Positions 28,301 through 37,160 of a stretch of DNA of 64,000 nt are shown here, one piece after another (positions within the stretch are counted from its first letter, which is position 1; the number at the start of each line of letters is the position of its first letter). Source of the stretch: an uncultured Clostridia bacterium. GTDB lineage: Bacteria > Bacillota > Clostridia > TANB77 > CAG-508. Location: positions 90 to 64,089 of the forward strand of contig CALXCH010000002.1 in assembly GCA_944386735.1 (NCBI GenBank). Direction: 5' to 3'. Under the pieces are notes generated by a model, which was given only the letters and a program-made list of their open reading frames with translations, searched no databases and was not told the DNA's origin. The position numbers were made by a program, and so were the translations under genes.

Positions 28301-28989
28301 AAAGAAGAAATCCCATCTATTAATTCGTCATTTACTTCTTCTAACAGAACTTTTCCCCATGGTGTTGTGGAAAAATCTTTATCTAGATCTTCTCCTAAAT
28401 TAAACATTTCTACTTTTTCATTTAGCCATTTTTCAGGAAAAGGATTACTTTGTATATAGTTATAAATCTTTAAGATTAAATCTTTTAAAGGTGTATCATC
28501 TCTATAACCTGTGTATGTATGAATTAATTTTGAAAAATCTTTATCTTCTTCTTCATATTTTTTTTCAAACATATCTTCTATTACTTCTTGTTTTAATAAT
28601 TCTATTTCTGTTGTATCTGCTATTCTAAAATTAGGTGCTAAATTTTCTAATTCATAAAAACTATTTCTAACAACTTCTAAGCAAAAAGAATCTATCGTGC
28701 ATATGCTTGCTTTATTTAACAATGTTATCTGCCTTAATAACTTTTCATCATTTGGATTTTCATCTAACTTTTTATATATTGCATCTAATACTCTTTCTCT
28801 CATCTCTGATGCTGCAGCATTTGTAAAAGTAACTACTAATAATTTATCTATATCTATTCCTTCTTCTACTACTTTTTTTATTATTCTTTCTACTAATACC
28901 GCTGTTTTACCACTTCCTGCAGCTGCTGCCACTAATATATTAGAACCTTTCTCATTTATTGCTTGTTTTTGTTCATCCGTCCATTCCAT
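25384..28989 (-). CDS. addA: ATP-dependent helicase/nuclease subunit A (AddA, UvrD-like helicase plus RecB-type nuclease)
   Basis: N-terminus MEWTDEQKQAI..AAAGSGKT, UvrD-family motifs (DEYQDSN, VGDVKQSIYKFR), and a C-terminal PD-(D/E)xK nuclease (GIIDLYY..LVDYKTD). Confidence 0.9.
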   Translation of the reverse strand: MEWTDEQKQAINEKGSNILVAAAAGSGKTAVLVERIIKKVVEEGIDIDKLLVVTFTNAAASEMRERVLDAIYKKLDENPNDEKLLRQITLLNKASICTIDSFCLEVVRNSFYELENLAPNFRIADTTEIELLKQEVIEDMFEKKYEEEDKDFSKLIHTYTGYRDDTPLKDLILKIYNYIQSNPFPEKWLNEKVEMFNLGEDLDKDFSTTPWGKVLLEEVNDELIDGISSLNSCKELLDSNSDLDDYLKIIMHDIDMLNSLKNNLNNWDKAYEVNSLVDFPKWQGKRIKALEKDQARDIRIQVKKNLKILDNILACDSRTANQDIYDMYSILLKLKNIIFEFGEEFSKRKREKNIVDFQDVEHFALKILIKEENGKIVPSDIARKYQEKYQEIAIDEYQDSNLVQEYILNSVSCGNNIFMVGDVKQSIYKFRQAMPELFISKYKRYKNKKEKTAEDDLKIQLFKNFRSRENILYFTNLIFQDIMSDNLGDIEYNEDEYLNLGAEYPEAKQSLNTEIDVIDLSEEEELEVKENDEEEKVEDEDRVENVELEARFVANKIKKLVESKFQVWDRKEEKYRDIKYKDIVILLRSTATPAPVFEQELLNLEIPVFSDSSQEYLDSIEIQTIMSLLKIIDNPMQDIPLVSVLRSYIGKFTDNELVKMRLTDSYDNFYTCMQKAIIDVDDSLREKIQNFFDNLDKWRKEKEYLALDELIWKIYSDTGYYNYVGLMPNGDLRQANLKMLFQKAKDYESANFKGLYNFINFIDKLKVSSGDMGSAKLIGENDDVVRIMSIHKSKGLEFPVVFLSNTGKQFNQKDSKEDVLLHQEMGIGVKYIDYDKQVKYDTLSKLAIKNKILLETLSEEMRILYVALTRAKEKLFITGVTRDFKKDLEKIDESIERYPKENAKINSILIKKCKRYLDWILLVYQYEKNQCLDKVELNTYKKKTLLKNLNKIDNEEVDVLKNLESKKVNKEELEKISNILNYEYPNMLDTVIPTKTAVTTLKQLENGDKVLVEKEISLPKPKFLKVGEEEKITSAKKGTLVHLCMQKLDEKIDYDLEKVKELIEELETKKIITSKEKEAINPSKILEFTKSKIWEELKSAKVVEREKPFYINVPAKDIYKEDTNENILIQGIIDLYYIDKDNNLNLVDYKTDYVEEGKEQELVTKYKKQVDLYKEALEKAYKKQVANTYIYSVYLNKIIEI

Positions 28990-29070
28990 TTATATTTTTT
29001 CTCCTTTATTTTCCTTAATTTTTATATTTATCTTTTTGCTATTTTATCATTTATAATTGTTTTTTTCAAC

Positions 29071-29107
29071 AAAAGAAAAAAGAATATAACCATATAAGTT
29101 ATATTCT
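29071..29107 (-). terminator. intrinsic terminator after the DUF4190 gene
   Basis: AGAATATAAC / GTTATATTCT stem followed by TTTTTTCTTTT on the minus strand. Confidence 0.7.
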
Positions 29108-29130
29108 AAAAAATATTCTATATATTCATT

Positions 29131-29418
29131 TTAAAGCATTGATGTATAAAGTAATACAAATACTACATCAACAGCTCCAACAGCTAAGCCAGTAATTGCC
29201 ATCCATTTAGCTTTTTGTGTTTCAGGATTAAATTTAACTATTCCAATTATACCCAATACTACAGCTGCTGTTCCTAATGGCAAACCTAATATTAAAAGCC
29301 CTACTAATGAAAATATAAAACTAAGTAATCCACATATATTTAATTTTTTCTCTCCCACTGAACTTGTGGTGTTAGTATTTTCATTTTGTTCTACGTCTTT
29401 TACTTCATTTTCGTCCAT
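29131..29418 (-). CDS. small DUF4190-like membrane protein
   Basis: Two glycine-rich TM helices (LLSFIFSLVGLLILGLPLGTAAVVLGIIGI). SD AGGAGG. Confidence 0.6.
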   Translation of the reverse strand: MDENEVKDVEQNENTNTTSSVGEKKLNICGLLSFIFSLVGLLILGLPLGTAAVVLGIIGIVKFNPETQKAKWMAITGLAVGAVDVVFVLLYTSML

Positions 29419-29590
29419 AAAAACATTCCTCCTTTATTTTATTATATATTTATATAATAAAGTATTTTACTATTTCTGTCAATTTTTATCCAAAAATTTC
29501 TTGTAAAATTTTGTTTTAATTTCTGTTGCTTTTTAATATATTTATATATATAATTAATTTAATATTATTTTTTAGAAAGGAGACCTATTA

Positions 29591-30257
29591 TATGGAAAAC
29601 GAAATAGCTACTGAAAACAAGTTATTTGGTAAAACTTTCTTTTGGATGTTTTTAGGACTTCTTGGCTCTGCAATTATTGCTTATTACACCTATAGCTCTG
29701 GATTACTTGCTGACATTATTTTAGAAGGATATTTTGGTATTTTACTAATTGTAGAACTTGTTGCAGTTTTACTTTTTAGCTTACTATTTAGAAAACTTCC
29801 AGCAACTGCTGTTGGTATTCTCTACTTTGTATATGCAATGCTTAATGGAGTTACACTAGCTACAGTTTTTGCAGTATTTGAGCTTTATTCTATCATTTAT
29901 TTGTTTGTAATCTCTGCTGGTGTTTTCGCAGTACTTAGCCTAATTGGTTATAAAACAAATAAAGATCTAAGTTCATGGAGTCCTTATATAACAGTTTTTT
30001 TGATTGCTGGAATTCTTATCAGTATTATTAATCTATTTATAATAAAAAGTTCTGGTCTTGATTTATTAATTGATTGGCTAATTCTTGCTCTATTTTGTGG
30101 AGTTACCATTTATGATATTAATAAGATAAAACTTTTACAAACAATTCCGGAAATTAACCAAGAAAAAATATATGTATATTGCGCTATGCAATTATACTTA
30201 GATTTTATAAATATCTTCTTACGTATTCTTTCTATTTTTGGGAAAAGAAGAAATTAA
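29591..30257 (+). CDS. Bax inhibitor-1 / YccA family membrane protein
   Basis: Seven-TM pattern and BI-1-like sequence (FFWMFLGLL, GYKTNKDLS, AMQLYLDFINIFL). The ATG at 29591 follows AAGGAG. The track ORF starts upstream at a TTG. Confidence 0.8.
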
Positions 30258-30262
30258 ATATA

Positions 30263-30305
30263 AAAAAGAACTATAATTAAAAGAATTCAATTATAGTTCT
30301 TTTTT
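30263..30305. terminator. bidirectional terminator
   Basis: AAAAAGAACTATAATT / AATTATAGTTCTTTTT 16-bp stem. Confidence 0.8.
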
Positions 30306-30318
30306 AATAATTTTATTT

Positions 30319-30582
30319 TTAATCTAAATTATCTTTTATCGCTACCATTAGTTCATTTGATTGTACTACTTTACTTACTCCTTGATATGTATATTTTGCT
30401 CCTGTAAAATATACTTGATATCCTAAGTTTTCAAGTCTTGTTCTGCATAATCTTAAAAATTCTTGTGTTTCTTCTTCTGATAAATCAAATTTTATTCTTA
30501 CTTCATAAAAAGTTACTATTACTATATTTTCATCTTCATTTATTTTATTATCTAAATATTCTGTTATTTCTTGCATTGTCAT
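30319..30582 (-). CDS. hypothetical protein (87 aa)
   Basis: SD AAAGGAGAG and a non-biased composition. Downstream of the DUF4143 ATPase. No family recognised. Confidence 0.5.
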   Translation of the reverse strand: MTMQEITEYLDNKINEDENIVIVTFYEVRIKFDLSEEETQEFLRLCRTRLENLGYQVYFTGAKYTYQGVSKVVQSNELMVAIKDNLD

Positions 30583-30653
30583 TTTATTTCTCTCCTTTAC
30601 TTGGTATATTTTACCACATATTTTTAGAAAAATAAAGACTAAGAATTATTTTT

Positions 30654-31955
30654 TTAAATTATTTTCTCAATTTCTCCAATTGCATATAGTGGTATATTAG
30701 TAAGCCATTCATCTTTTTTATATTCTGCCATAGATGTTCTTACATTTTTAGTTGTTCCATATTTATTAACAAATTCTTTTAGGCTTTTTGCTTTTAAATT
30801 TTGTTCTGCCTTCACTTCTATAGGAATTATATAAGTTCCTAACTGTATAATAAAATCCACCTCTGCAGTTGCTCTTTCTGCTGACCAATAAAAAACTGAT
30901 ATATCTTTATTAGATTTTAACTCTGTTAACACAAATTGTTCTGTAAGTGAACCTTTAAACTCTGTAAAAATTTTACTTCCCTCTAATAAAATTTTTTCAT
31001 CTATACTTGTCATTGCTCCCAGAAGTCCAACATCTAATATATATAATTTAAATGCACTTATATCTTGGTATGCTATTAATGGAATATTAGGTTTCTTTAT
31101 TCTATCAACTTTATATACTAGGCCACAATCTACTAACCAAGATAAAGCAAGTTCATATTCTTTTGCTCTTGCACCTTCTTTTATTAAACCATATATGAAT
31201 TTTTTATTTTCTTTTGCTAATTGTGAGGGTATGCTATTCCATAACATTCTTAATCTTGGTACTATTTCACTTGGGGCATGTTTTGAAAAATCTTCTTCAT
31301 ACGATTTTAATAGCTGATTTTGGATTTTTCTTACTTGCTTTAAATCTTTTGTATCAATGTATCTTTCTACTGCAGCTGGCATTCCACCAATAAAATAGTA
31401 TTGTCTTAATAAATCTATTAATTTATCTTTAAATATGCCTATTAGTTTCCAATCCATTTTTTCTAATAGCTCCACCAGTTTTTCCTCTCCTAATGCTAAT
31501 AAAAACTCTTTGAAGTTTAAAGGATATAAATCCATAAATTCTACTTTTCCAACTGGAAATGATGTTCCTTCATGTAAAGCAACTCCAAGTAGTGAACCTG
31601 CAGTTATAATATTATATTCTTTTGCATTTTCATAAAAATATTTTAATGAAGTTAATGCCTTTGGAACCTCTTGTACTTCATCAAAAATTAACAGTGTATC
31701 TTCTTTATTTATATCAACACCTGTTTCAATTTTTAGTCCTTGTATTAATCTCTCTATATCAAAGTCTCCTTGAAACAGTCTTTCCATTCTTTCATTTCCA
31801 TCAAAATTAACATATGCCACTTTTTTATAATGTTTTTTTCCAAATTCTTGCATTAACCAAGTTTTACCAACCTGTCTTGCTCCTCTTATTATTAAAGGCA
31901 TTCTATTTTTTGAATTTTTCCATTCTTCTAATTCTTTTAATTTTTCACGATACAT
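30654..31955 (-). CDS. AAA-type ATPase with a DUF4143-like C-terminal domain
   Basis: Walker A GARQVGKTW, Walker B LLIFDEVQ, and length and architecture like AAA_14 + DUF4143 proteins. Confidence 0.75.
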   Translation of the reverse strand: MYREKLKELEEWKNSKNRMPLIIRGARQVGKTWLMQEFGKKHYKKVAYVNFDGNERMERLFQGDFDIERLIQGLKIETGVDINKEDTLLIFDEVQEVPKALTSLKYFYENAKEYNIITAGSLLGVALHEGTSFPVGKVEFMDLYPLNFKEFLLALGEEKLVELLEKMDWKLIGIFKDKLIDLLRQYYFIGGMPAAVERYIDTKDLKQVRKIQNQLLKSYEEDFSKHAPSEIVPRLRMLWNSIPSQLAKENKKFIYGLIKEGARAKEYELALSWLVDCGLVYKVDRIKKPNIPLIAYQDISAFKLYILDVGLLGAMTSIDEKILLEGSKIFTEFKGSLTEQFVLTELKSNKDISVFYWSAERATAEVDFIIQLGTYIIPIEVKAEQNLKAKSLKEFVNKYGTTKNVRTSMAEYKKDEWLTNIPLYAIGEIEKII

Positions 31956-31985
31956 AAGCAGGCCTCCTTTTTGTATTATATGTTA

Positions 31986-32014
31986 ATTATATCATATTTA
32001 TTACAAAAATTCAA
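31986..32014 (-). promoter_or_regulatory. sigma-A type promoter of the ATPase gene
   Basis: TTGAAT, 17 nt, TATAAT on the minus strand. The -35 lies inside repeat unit 1 of the 32-bp array. Confidence 0.55.
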
Positions 32015-32130
32015 AGGAAAATCTGATTGTTTTTACATTTTTTCAAACGATTTTTTCAATATCTTTACATTTTTTCAAAGGAAAATCTTCAATCTCTCTA
32101 CACTTTTTCAAACAAAAATATCAATTTTAT
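32001..32130. repeat. four phased direct repeats (32/32/33-bp period), core TACAnTTTTTCAAA
   Basis: Cores start at 32002, 32034, 32066 and 32099. Alternating subtypes (..CAAAGGAAAATCT.. and ..CAAACRAWWWWT..CAAT). Confidence 0.8.
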
Positions 32131-32178
32131 TAAAAATAAAGTATATGATTTCTCATACACTTTATTTTAATTTTATTA

Positions 32179-34005
32179 TTACGCTTCTTCCTCAACCTCA
32201 AATTGTGAATTATAAAGATCACTATAGAATCCGCCTTTTGCAAGTAAGCCTTCATGAGTTCCTTGTTCTACAATATCACCATGATTCATAACTAATATTA
32301 GGTCTGCATTTTTAATAGTTGATAATCTATGTGCAATGATAAAGCTTGTTCTACCTTTCATTAAGTTGTCCATAGCATCTTGTATTTGTATTTCTGTTCT
32401 TGTATCAATTGAAGATGTTGCTTCATCTAATATCAATATCTTAGGATCTGTTAAAATTACCCTTGCAATTGTTAATAATTGTTTTTGCCCTGCTGATACA
32501 TTACTTGATTCTTCATTTAAAAGAGAATTATATCCATTTGGCAGTGTTTTTATAAAGTGATGAACATGTGCTGCTTTGGCTGCTCTAATAACCTCATCAT
32601 CTGTTGCATCTTCTTTACCATACTTAATATTATCTTTTACAGTACCTCCAAATAACCAAGTATCTTGAAGTACCATACCAAACATCTTACGAAGTTCTCC
32701 TCTTTCGAAGTCTTTTATATTATGTCCATCTATTAATATTGCTCCACTATTTACATCATAAAATCTCATAAGAAGTTTTACCATTGTAGTTTTTCCTGCT
32801 CCTGTAGGTCCTACAATAGCAATTTTTTGTCCGTTCTTTACACTACAATTAAAGTCATTAATAATTGTTTTATTTGGGTCATATCCAAATTTAACATGAT
32901 CAAATACTATATTTCCTTCTAATTTTGATGTATCAATATTTCCTTTTGCTGTATCTATTTCTTCAGGTTGCTCTAAGAATTCAAAAATTCTTTCAGCAGC
33001 TGCTGCCATAGATTGTAACATACTAGAAATTTGTGCAATTTGGTTTATTGGTTGTACAAATTGTCTATTATATTGTATAAAACTTTGGATATTACCAACT
33101 GTAATTGTTCCGTTAATTGCTAAATATCCACCTGCTACTGCAACTCCTACATATCCAACATTTCCTATAAAGTTCATTACAGGATGTATTAGACCTGATA
33201 AGAATTGTGATTTCCAAGCTGAATGATATAAAGTATCATTTGCTTTTTCAAATTCTTTATCTACTTTTCCTTCTGCATTAAATACTTTTACAATATTTAA
33301 TCCACCATATATTTCTTCAACTTGACCATTTACATGTCCTAAATAATCTTGTTGATCTTTGAAGTACTTCTGAGATTTACTAACAATAATTTTAACTAAC
33401 ACCCCTGCTATAGGTAAAATAACAAGTGATATTAAAGTCATTTGCCAACTTATTGAAAACATCATAATTAAAATACCAACAATTGTACAAATAGAGGTAA
33501 TTATTTGTGTAATACTTTGGTTTAAGTTCATACTTAAAGTATCAATATCGTTTGTTATTATTGATAATACTTCACCATGTGTTTTAGTATCAAAATAATT
33601 CATTGGTAATTTATTTATTTTCTGAATGATATCATTTCTTAGTCTATAAGTAAGTTTTTGTGAAACTCCTGTCATTGTAAATCCTTGTACAAGTGAAAAT
33701 ACTGCACTTAAAATATATAATCCAAGTAATCCAAGTAATATTGCTCCTACTTTTCCAAAGTCAATTCCTGAACCACCAGATAATTTATTTATTAATCCAT
33801 TAAATATTTCTGTTGTAGCATTACCAAGTATTTTTGGTCCTACAATTGTAAATATAGTACTTCCTATTGCAAAAATCATTACAATGATTAATGCTATTTT
33901 ATATTTTGATAAATAATTTTTTATTAATTTTTTAGTTGTCTTCTTAAAGTCTTTAGCCTTTGCTGTAGACATATTACTTCTAGGTCCTCCCATTGGTCCT
34001 GGCAT
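32179..34005 (-). CDS. ABC exporter permease/ATPase, canonical half of a heterodimer
   Basis: Six-TM domain plus an NBD with Walker A GPTGAGKTT, signature VSAGQKQL, Walker B ILILDEATS and H-loop IIAHR. Confidence 0.88.
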   Translation of the reverse strand: MPGPMGGPRSNMSTAKAKDFKKTTKKLIKNYLSKYKIALIIVMIFAIGSTIFTIVGPKILGNATTEIFNGLINKLSGGSGIDFGKVGAILLGLLGLYILSAVFSLVQGFTMTGVSQKLTYRLRNDIIQKINKLPMNYFDTKTHGEVLSIITNDIDTLSMNLNQSITQIITSICTIVGILIMMFSISWQMTLISLVILPIAGVLVKIIVSKSQKYFKDQQDYLGHVNGQVEEIYGGLNIVKVFNAEGKVDKEFEKANDTLYHSAWKSQFLSGLIHPVMNFIGNVGYVGVAVAGGYLAINGTITVGNIQSFIQYNRQFVQPINQIAQISSMLQSMAAAAERIFEFLEQPEEIDTAKGNIDTSKLEGNIVFDHVKFGYDPNKTIINDFNCSVKNGQKIAIVGPTGAGKTTMVKLLMRFYDVNSGAILIDGHNIKDFERGELRKMFGMVLQDTWLFGGTVKDNIKYGKEDATDDEVIRAAKAAHVHHFIKTLPNGYNSLLNEESSNVSAGQKQLLTIARVILTDPKILILDEATSSIDTRTEIQIQDAMDNLMKGRTSFIIAHRLSTIKNADLILVMNHGDIVEQGTHEGLLAKGGFYSDLYNSQFEVEEEA

Positions 34006-34006
34006 A

Positions 34007-36274
34007 CTAATTACCCCCTTTCTTGTCTAGTTCTTCTTCTGACAATTGTGATAAGGCAATTTGTCTATATGTTTCGTTGTTTTTAATAAGTTCATCATGT
34101 GTTCCTATTCCTACAACTTTTCCTTCTTCTAATACTATAATTTGGTCTGCATTTAGAATTGTACTAATTCTTTGTGCTACTATTATAACTGTTTTATCTT
34201 TTGTTATTTCAGATAAAGCTTCTCTTAAAGCTGCATCTGTTTTTAAGTCTAAAGCTGAGAAACTATCATCAAATACAAATATTTCTGGGTCTTTTGCTAA
34301 AGCTCTAGCAATAGAAATACGTTGTCTTTGTCCTCCTGATACATTAGTTCCGCCTTGTGCTATTGGATCTTGGTATTTCTTCTCTTTAGTCTCTATAAAT
34401 TCTGTTGCTTGTGCTATCTCTGCTGCTTTATACATTCTTTCATCTGACATATTATCATCTGCATATTTTATATTTGATTCTATTGTTCCAGAAAATAGTA
34501 ATCCTTTTTGTGGAACAAATCCTATAATATCTCTTAAATCTTTTTGTGAAACATCTTTTACATTAACACCATCTATTAGAAGTTCTCCACCTGTTACATC
34601 ATAAAATCTTGGAATAAGATTTACTATCGTTGATTTACCACTTCCTGTACTTCCTATGATTGCTGTTGTTTTTCCAGGTTCTGCTGTAAAGTTTATATCT
34701 TCTAGTATCTCTGTATCTGCATCTGGATATCTAAATGAAACATCTTTAAACTCTACTAAACCTTTTTTATTTGGATCAAACTTCTTTGTTTCTTCCTTAT
34801 CTTTTATGCTTGGTTCAGTCTCTAAAACTTCATTTATACGGTTTGCAGAAACTGATGCTCTTGGTAGCATTATTGATATCATTGAAATCATTAAGAATGC
34901 CATAACTATTTGCATTGTATATTGGATGAATGCCATCATATCACCAACTTGCATTATACCTTGGTCTACATTGTGACCTCCAACCCATATAATTAATACC
35001 ATAATTGCATTCATAATAAGCATTAATGCTGGCATCATTATAGACATTGCACGGTTAACAAATACGTTTGTTTTCATTAAATCTTTATTTGCACCATCAA
35101 ATCTTTTTTCTTCTTTTTTCTCTGTATTGAATGCTCTTATTACTTGAAGTCCACTTAATATTTCTCTTGATACTAAGTTTAGTTTATCTGTTAACTCTTG
35201 TAATCTTCTAAATTTAGGCATTGCAACAATAAATAATGTTGCTACTACAAATAGAACTCCTAAAATTGCAATTCCTATAATCCAAGCCATAGAGCTATCA
35301 CTATTTGTTAATACCTTTATAAATCCACCTATACCAATAATTGGTGCATATACAACAACTCTAAATAATATTGAAATTAACATTTGTATTTGTTGAACAT
35401 CATTAGTACTACGAGTAATTAATGATGCTGTTGAAAAACTATTTAATTCTCCTGTTGAAAAACTAAGTACCTTTTTAAATACTTTATCTCTTAAAGTTCT
35501 ACCAAGTTTTGCTGCGACTCTTGCAGAAAGAAGCATTATAGTAATTGCTGATGCCATACTAATTAATGCAACCGCAAGCATTTGCAATCCTTGTGATAAT
35601 ATATAATTATTTTGTATTTTATCTGTATCTACTCCTAAATCCTTATAAATATTTTTTACTTCTGTTACTGCTGCTTGTTCTTTTATTGAAGTTTCCATTT
35701 CATCAATTTGTTTTGTAAACACGCTTAAAACTGCTTTTGTTTGTTCTTCTGGCATTGATTTAAATATATCAAGAACACTTAAATTTTCTATAACAGTTTT
35801 TTGATCTTCTGGAACATTTTCAATAAAAGCTTCTTTTATTTTATTTGCTGTATCTTCATTTGTTACTGCCTGAAGTTCCATTAATGGTCCTGCCATAATG
35901 CTAGATAATTCGTCTTCCTTATCAGAATCAATATCATTTAAAACATATAATGTTTCTGCCTCTACATTAAAGTCCTTTCCTAAATACTTATTAATTATTT
36001 TTTCTTGTTCTTTATTTGGACTTTCTCCTACTAAAGTATAGTTTTCAGTTATTTTATCATCATCTTCTGAAAACATTAAGATATTTTCCATATCTTCCTT
36101 ACTAATTATTCTTGGTACTGCTGTTTCTATTCCACCAGTTTGAATTCCTACATTAACTATTCTAGAAGTAAAGTCTGGTAATCTTAAATCTGCTTGTGCT
36201 TGTACTATTAATAATAGAATAATTAGTACAACAGCCCAAAAAGAATTTTTTAGATTTTTTAATACTTTTAGCAT
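34007..36274 (-). CDS. ABC exporter permease/ATPase, degenerate-site half, with a large extracytoplasmic insertion
   Basis: Walker A GSTGSGKST and signature VSGGQRQR, but Walker B is IFVFDDSFS (no catalytic Glu) and the H-loop is IVAQR. About 190 aa are inserted between TM1 and TM2. Confidence 0.88.
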   Translation of the reverse strand: MLKVLKNLKNSFWAVVLIILLLIVQAQADLRLPDFTSRIVNVGIQTGGIETAVPRIISKEDMENILMFSEDDDKITENYTLVGESPNKEQEKIINKYLGKDFNVEAETLYVLNDIDSDKEDELSSIMAGPLMELQAVTNEDTANKIKEAFIENVPEDQKTVIENLSVLDIFKSMPEEQTKAVLSVFTKQIDEMETSIKEQAAVTEVKNIYKDLGVDTDKIQNNYILSQGLQMLAVALISMASAITIMLLSARVAAKLGRTLRDKVFKKVLSFSTGELNSFSTASLITRSTNDVQQIQMLISILFRVVVYAPIIGIGGFIKVLTNSDSSMAWIIGIAILGVLFVVATLFIVAMPKFRRLQELTDKLNLVSREILSGLQVIRAFNTEKKEEKRFDGANKDLMKTNVFVNRAMSIMMPALMLIMNAIMVLIIWVGGHNVDQGIMQVGDMMAFIQYTMQIVMAFLMISMISIMLPRASVSANRINEVLETEPSIKDKEETKKFDPNKKGLVEFKDVSFRYPDADTEILEDINFTAEPGKTTAIIGSTGSGKSTIVNLIPRFYDVTGGELLIDGVNVKDVSQKDLRDIIGFVPQKGLLFSGTIESNIKYADDNMSDERMYKAAEIAQATEFIETKEKKYQDPIAQGGTNVSGGQRQRISIARALAKDPEIFVFDDSFSALDLKTDAALREALSEITKDKTVIIVAQRISTILNADQIIVLEEGKVVGIGTHDELIKNNETYRQIALSQLSEEELDKKGGN

Positions 36275-36313
36275 AATCCTCCTCCTTTTATATATAAAAT
36301 AACACCATATCTC

Positions 36314-36343
36314 ATTATATGTGACATGGTGTCATTTTGTCAA
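36314..36343 (-). promoter_or_regulatory. promoter of the ABC operon with a palindrome in the spacer
   Basis: TTGACA, 18 nt, TATAAT on the minus strand. The spacer contains TGACA-NNN-TGTCA (36322-36334). The same region forms the lexA terminator hairpin ACACCAT..ATGGTGT. Confidence 0.5.
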
Positions 36344-36371
36344 TATTATTTAATACAAATTCACAAAAAAT

Positions 36372-37025
36372 TTACATTTTTCTAAATACCCCTGCAACTT
36401 TTCCAAGTATTTCACAATTAGGCACAATGATTGGATCCATTGTACTATTTTCTGGTTGTAATCTAATATGGTCCTTTTCTTTATAAAATGTTTTAACAGT
36501 TGCCTCATCTCCAATTAATGCAACTACTATTTCTCCATTATTTGCTGTATTTTGTCTTTTTACTAATATGTAATCTCCATCTAAAATTCCAGCTTCAATC
36601 ATACTTTCTCCACGTACAGTTAGCATAAAGCATTCTGAATTTCCAACAAAGTCAATCGGTATTGGGAATGTATCTGTTACATTTTCTACTGCTAAAATTG
36701 GCTCTCCTGCTGTTATTTTACCAATTATAGGAACATCGACTAATTCTTTTTGTGTATAGAAGTCCTTGCTTGATGTCATTTTTGGCTCTCCTGAACCACC
36801 TTTTAATAATCTTAGTGTTCTTCCTTTTTTGTCTTGTCTTTTAATATAACCTTTTTCTTCTAATTTCTTTAAATATCCATGTACTGTTGCTGTTGAACTT
36901 AAATCTACTGCTTTTCCTATTTCTCTTACTGATGGTGGATATCCTTGTGTCATTATTTGTTTTTCAATAAATTTTAGCATTGATTTTTCCCTTCGATTTA
37001 ATTCTGGTTTCTTCTTTCTTTGCAT
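36372..37025 (-). CDS. lexA: SOS repressor LexA
   Basis: wHTH N-terminus ([10 protein letters not shown]) and an S24 peptidase C-terminus (GESM..VVALI..ATVK). The ATG at 37025 follows GGGAGTG. Confidence 0.92.
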   Translation of the reverse strand: MQRKKKPELNRREKSMLKFIEKQIMTQGYPPSVREIGKAVDLSSTATVHGYLKKLEEKGYIKRQDKKGRTLRLLKGGSGEPKMTSSKDFYTQKELVDVPIIGKITAGEPILAVENVTDTFPIPIDFVGNSECFMLTVRGESMIEAGILDGDYILVKRQNTANNGEIVVALIGDEATVKTFYKEKDHIRLQPENSTMDPIIVPNCEILGKVAGVFRKM

Positions 37026-37055
37026 ATTTATCACTCCCGTTTTTAATTTGAGATT

Positions 37056-37084
37056 ATGATATCATACAAACAAAAAAATGTCAA
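37056..37084 (-). promoter_or_regulatory. sigma-A type promoter of lexA
   Basis: TTGACA, 17 nt, TATCAT on the minus strand. Confidence 0.5.
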
Positions 37085-37130
37085 ACATATTTTTGATTTT
37101 TCTAAAAAAGTTTAATTTTATTTATCACAC

Positions 37131-37160
37131 AAAATTTTAGACGCTTAATTTAAGCGTCTA
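37131..37160 (-). terminator. intrinsic terminator after the M23 peptidase gene
   Basis: TAGACGCTTAA / TTAAGCGTCTA stem beginning at the stop codon, followed by AAAATTTTG. Confidence 0.6.

Noticed and set aside
37081-37096. A possible LexA (Cheo-type) box, TCAAAAATATGTTTGA, overlapping the lexA promoter.
   Set aside because: Only the right half (ATGTTT) resembles GAAC-N4-GTTC/T, and the left half is AAAAAT. In a region this AT-rich the near-palindrome may be chance. I could not find a convincing GAAC..GTTY box upstream of lexA or addA.
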